Positions 63,186-64,000 of a stretch of DNA of 64,000 bases are shown here, in pieces. Source of the DNA: Octopus bimaculoides. Taxonomy: Eukaryota. The DNA lies in assembly GCF_001194135.2 (NCBI RefSeq), contig NC_068981.1, positions 168,065,555-168,129,554 on the forward strand. The letters are read 5' to 3'. The notes under the pieces are model-generated. The model was not told the origin of the DNA. It did no database searches and saw nothing but the letters and a program-made list of their open reading frames with translations. Numbering within the stretch: position 1 is the first letter of the stretch; each line of letters opens with the position of its first letter. A program made the position numbers and the translations under genes.

Positions 63186-64000
63186 TGTCGAATTCGATGG
63201 GAGAGGCCATCGTATATGTGCGTATATGCATATTAAGTATGCATGTGTGGTGCACGCATGTGAGTGGTGTACGCATGTGTGTATAAGTATACAATTTCTT
63301 CCAGCAGACCACTCATTAGAATGGTTTTGACAAAAACATTAAAACATTCATCCTGAACACTGACACGAAATTATAATGTCTCTTTTTGGAATAATAAATA
63401 AATAAATAAATAAATGAATGAATAAATAAAACAACGACAGCGATAACAACACCAACAAAAACAATTACGAAATGAAAAGAAAACTAATTAACGTGAGATT
63501 TAAGTAGGAATTTGTCCGATATAATGAGACGTTTTAGTAAAATGTGTCATAGCATTTTGATTGATCAGCTTTAGAGACATCTGATATAATAATCTGTAGA
63601 GGAAGATATACAGGAGTTGCGCTGTAATGAAAGAAAAGAGTAAAAGAAAAACAATTTTAATTTTTCCATAAATAATGAACGAAAAAGATTGAAAGAAGGA
63701 AAAAAAGGAAAATAGATAGATAGATAGATAGATAGAAACAAAAGAAGAAAGAAAGAAAGAAAGAAAGAAATTGAATATGAAAGTGGAAAAAAAATGAAAG
63801 AACAACAAAAGATATTAATAAGAGAAGAGACGATAATCAGATGGAAATTCGAGGATTTTTAAGTGGTTAAAAGAATGAAAGACGCATGTTTGGTTTAATG
63901 AACAAATGTCAGGTAGAGATAAAAATAAAATAAAATAAAATAAAATAAAATAAAAACACAGAAAGGAATGAGAAGAGGAATGATATTAACGAACGAAGTG

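Overview
AT-rich eukaryotic DNA from a short-read draft assembly, with many N-gaps opening at microsatellites. The SINE families and microsatellite density match what I recall for a coleoid cephalopod, most likely Octopus (inference). I can recognise no intact protein-coding, rRNA or tRNA gene and no CRISPR array; nearly all listed ORFs are microsatellite, gap or SINE artefacts. The window is a transposon graveyard: three tRNA-derived SINE families (A, B and D are my working labels), R4/Dong and RTE LINE fragments, three Penelope-like GIY-YIG remnants, a Helitron helicase remnant, three Tc1/mariner remnants and several foldback MITEs. The most notable structures are: (1) a head-to-tail tetramer of different SINE-A subfamilies joined by a repeated linker, suggesting serial insertion at one (TAA)n-associated site; (2) a palindromic array in which 10 of 12 units keep a STAT-type TTCNNNGAA core; (3) a strand-biased branched RNA fold at 22.3 kb; (4) two adjacent GG-ended MITEs with 8- and 9-bp TSDs carrying telomeric motifs; (5) a foldback element enclosing an exon-like segment. 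Candidate host exons are low confidence. Most element boundaries are approximate.
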